A DNA stretch of 64,000 nucleotides, taken from positions 10,850,001-10,914,000 of the forward strand of contig NC_092680.1 of the NCBI RefSeq assembly GCF_964355755.1, given 5' to 3'. A program made the translations under genes and the position numbers. How positions within the stretch are numbered: position 1 is the stretch's first letter; every line of letters starts with the position of its first letter. This DNA is from Antedon mediterranea. Lineage: Eukaryota > Animalia > Echinodermata. This document shows positions 62,701 to 64,000 of this stretch, in pieces. The notes beneath the pieces were generated by a model. It did not search any database. It worked only from the letters and a program-made list of their open reading frames with translations, and was not told the DNA's origin.

Positions 62701-64000
62701 GTTTTGTGTGAAAGAGTTTTCTCGAAATGCTCAAAATGGTCTAAAACGTTTTTATATACCATATTAAGCTATTTTGTGCACTTTGATGTTTTTTGTGAAA
62801 AGTTTTATCGAAATGCTCAAAATGGTCTAAAATGGTTTCTATTGTGATTTTAAGCACTTTGATGATTTTGTGTAACCAAGTTTCATTGAAATGTACAACA
62901 TGGTCTAAAACGTCTCCAAATGCGATTTGAAGCTATTCTAAGTACTTTTGTGTTTTTATGTTAACAAGTTTATTCGAAAATCACAAAATGGTCTAAAACG
63001 TCTTCAAATGCGATTTGAAGCTATTCTGTACACTTTGATGTTTTGTGTGAAAAAGTTTTGTCGAAATGCTCAAAATGGTCTAAAACGTTTTTAAATACGA
63101 TATTAAGCTATTTTGTGATCTTTGATGTTTTTGTGTGAAAAGTTTTATCGAAATGCTCAAAATGGTCTAAAACGGTTTCTAATGCGATTTGAAGCTATTC
63201 TGTACACTTTGAAGTTTTGTGTGAAAAAGTTTTCTCGAAATGCTCAAAATGGTCTAAAACGTTTTTATATACCATATTAAGCTATTTTGTGCACTTTGAT
63301 GTTTTTTGTGAAAAGTTTTATCGAAATGCTCAAAATGGTCTAAAACGGTTTCTATTGTGATTTTAAGCACTTTGATGATTTTGTGTAACCAAGTTTCATC
63401 GAAATGTACAAAATGGTCTAAAACGTCTCCAAATGCGATTTGAAGCTATTCTAAGTACTTTTGTGTTTTTATGTTAACAAGTTTTTTCGAAAATCACAAA
63501 ATGGTCTAAAACGTCTTCAAATGCGATTTGAAGCTATTCTGTACACTTTGATGTTTTGTGTGAAAAAGTTTTGTCGAAATGCTCAAAATGGTCTAAAACG
63601 TTTTTAAATACGATATTAAGCTATTTTGTGATCTTTGATGTTTTTGTGTGAAAATTTTTATCGAAATGCTCAAAATCGTCTAAAACGGTTTCTAATGCGA
63701 TTTGAAGCTATTCTGTACACTTTGAAGTTTTGTGTGAAAAAGTTTTCTTGAAATGCTCAAAATGGTCTAAAACGTTTTTATATACCATATTAAGCTATTT
63801 TGTGCACTTTGATGTTTTTTGTGAAAAGTTTTATCGAAATGCTCAAAATGGTCTAAAACGGTTTCTATTGTGATTTTAAGCACTTTGATGATTTTGTGTA
63901 ACCAAGTTTCATCGAAATGTACCAAATGGTCTAAAACGTCTCCAAATGCGATTTGAAGCTATTCTAAGTACTTTTGTGTTTTTATGTTAACAAGTTTTTT
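59780..64000. repeat. ~86-bp satellite with a 513-bp six-monomer higher-order repeat and an inversion at ~60258
   Basis: Marker GTAACCAAG at 60681, 61194, 61846, 62359, 62872, 63385 and 63898. Confidence 0.95.

Overview
AT-rich eukaryotic DNA, probably from a marine invertebrate (inferred from the repeat families), made up almost entirely of repeats. It contains: a decayed Penelope-like remnant with a hammerhead ribozyme; two families of non-autonomous Helentron/DINE-1-like elements, one carrying tRNA-Val-like units; an old CR1/L2-group LINE; a ~1.76-kb tandem array; a ~30-kb array of a ~260-bp tRNA-like satellite interrupted by a Penelope partial tandem, two CR1/L2-group LINEs, two Helentron-like elements and a TIR-type fragment; ~185-bp and ~86-bp satellites (the latter with a 513-bp higher-order repeat); and a 5'-truncated Ngaro-type tyrosine-recombinase retrotransposon. 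The least expected feature is a spliced gene or pseudogene at ~15.8-19.5 kb that the ORF track misses. Its hand-assembled exons resemble a prokaryote-type beta-class N4C/N6A DNA methyltransferase (ILTDPPK ... KSLELL..LV...S.EG.LVI ... RNCI), possibly with a ParB-like N-terminus. All calls were made by eye, without database searches.
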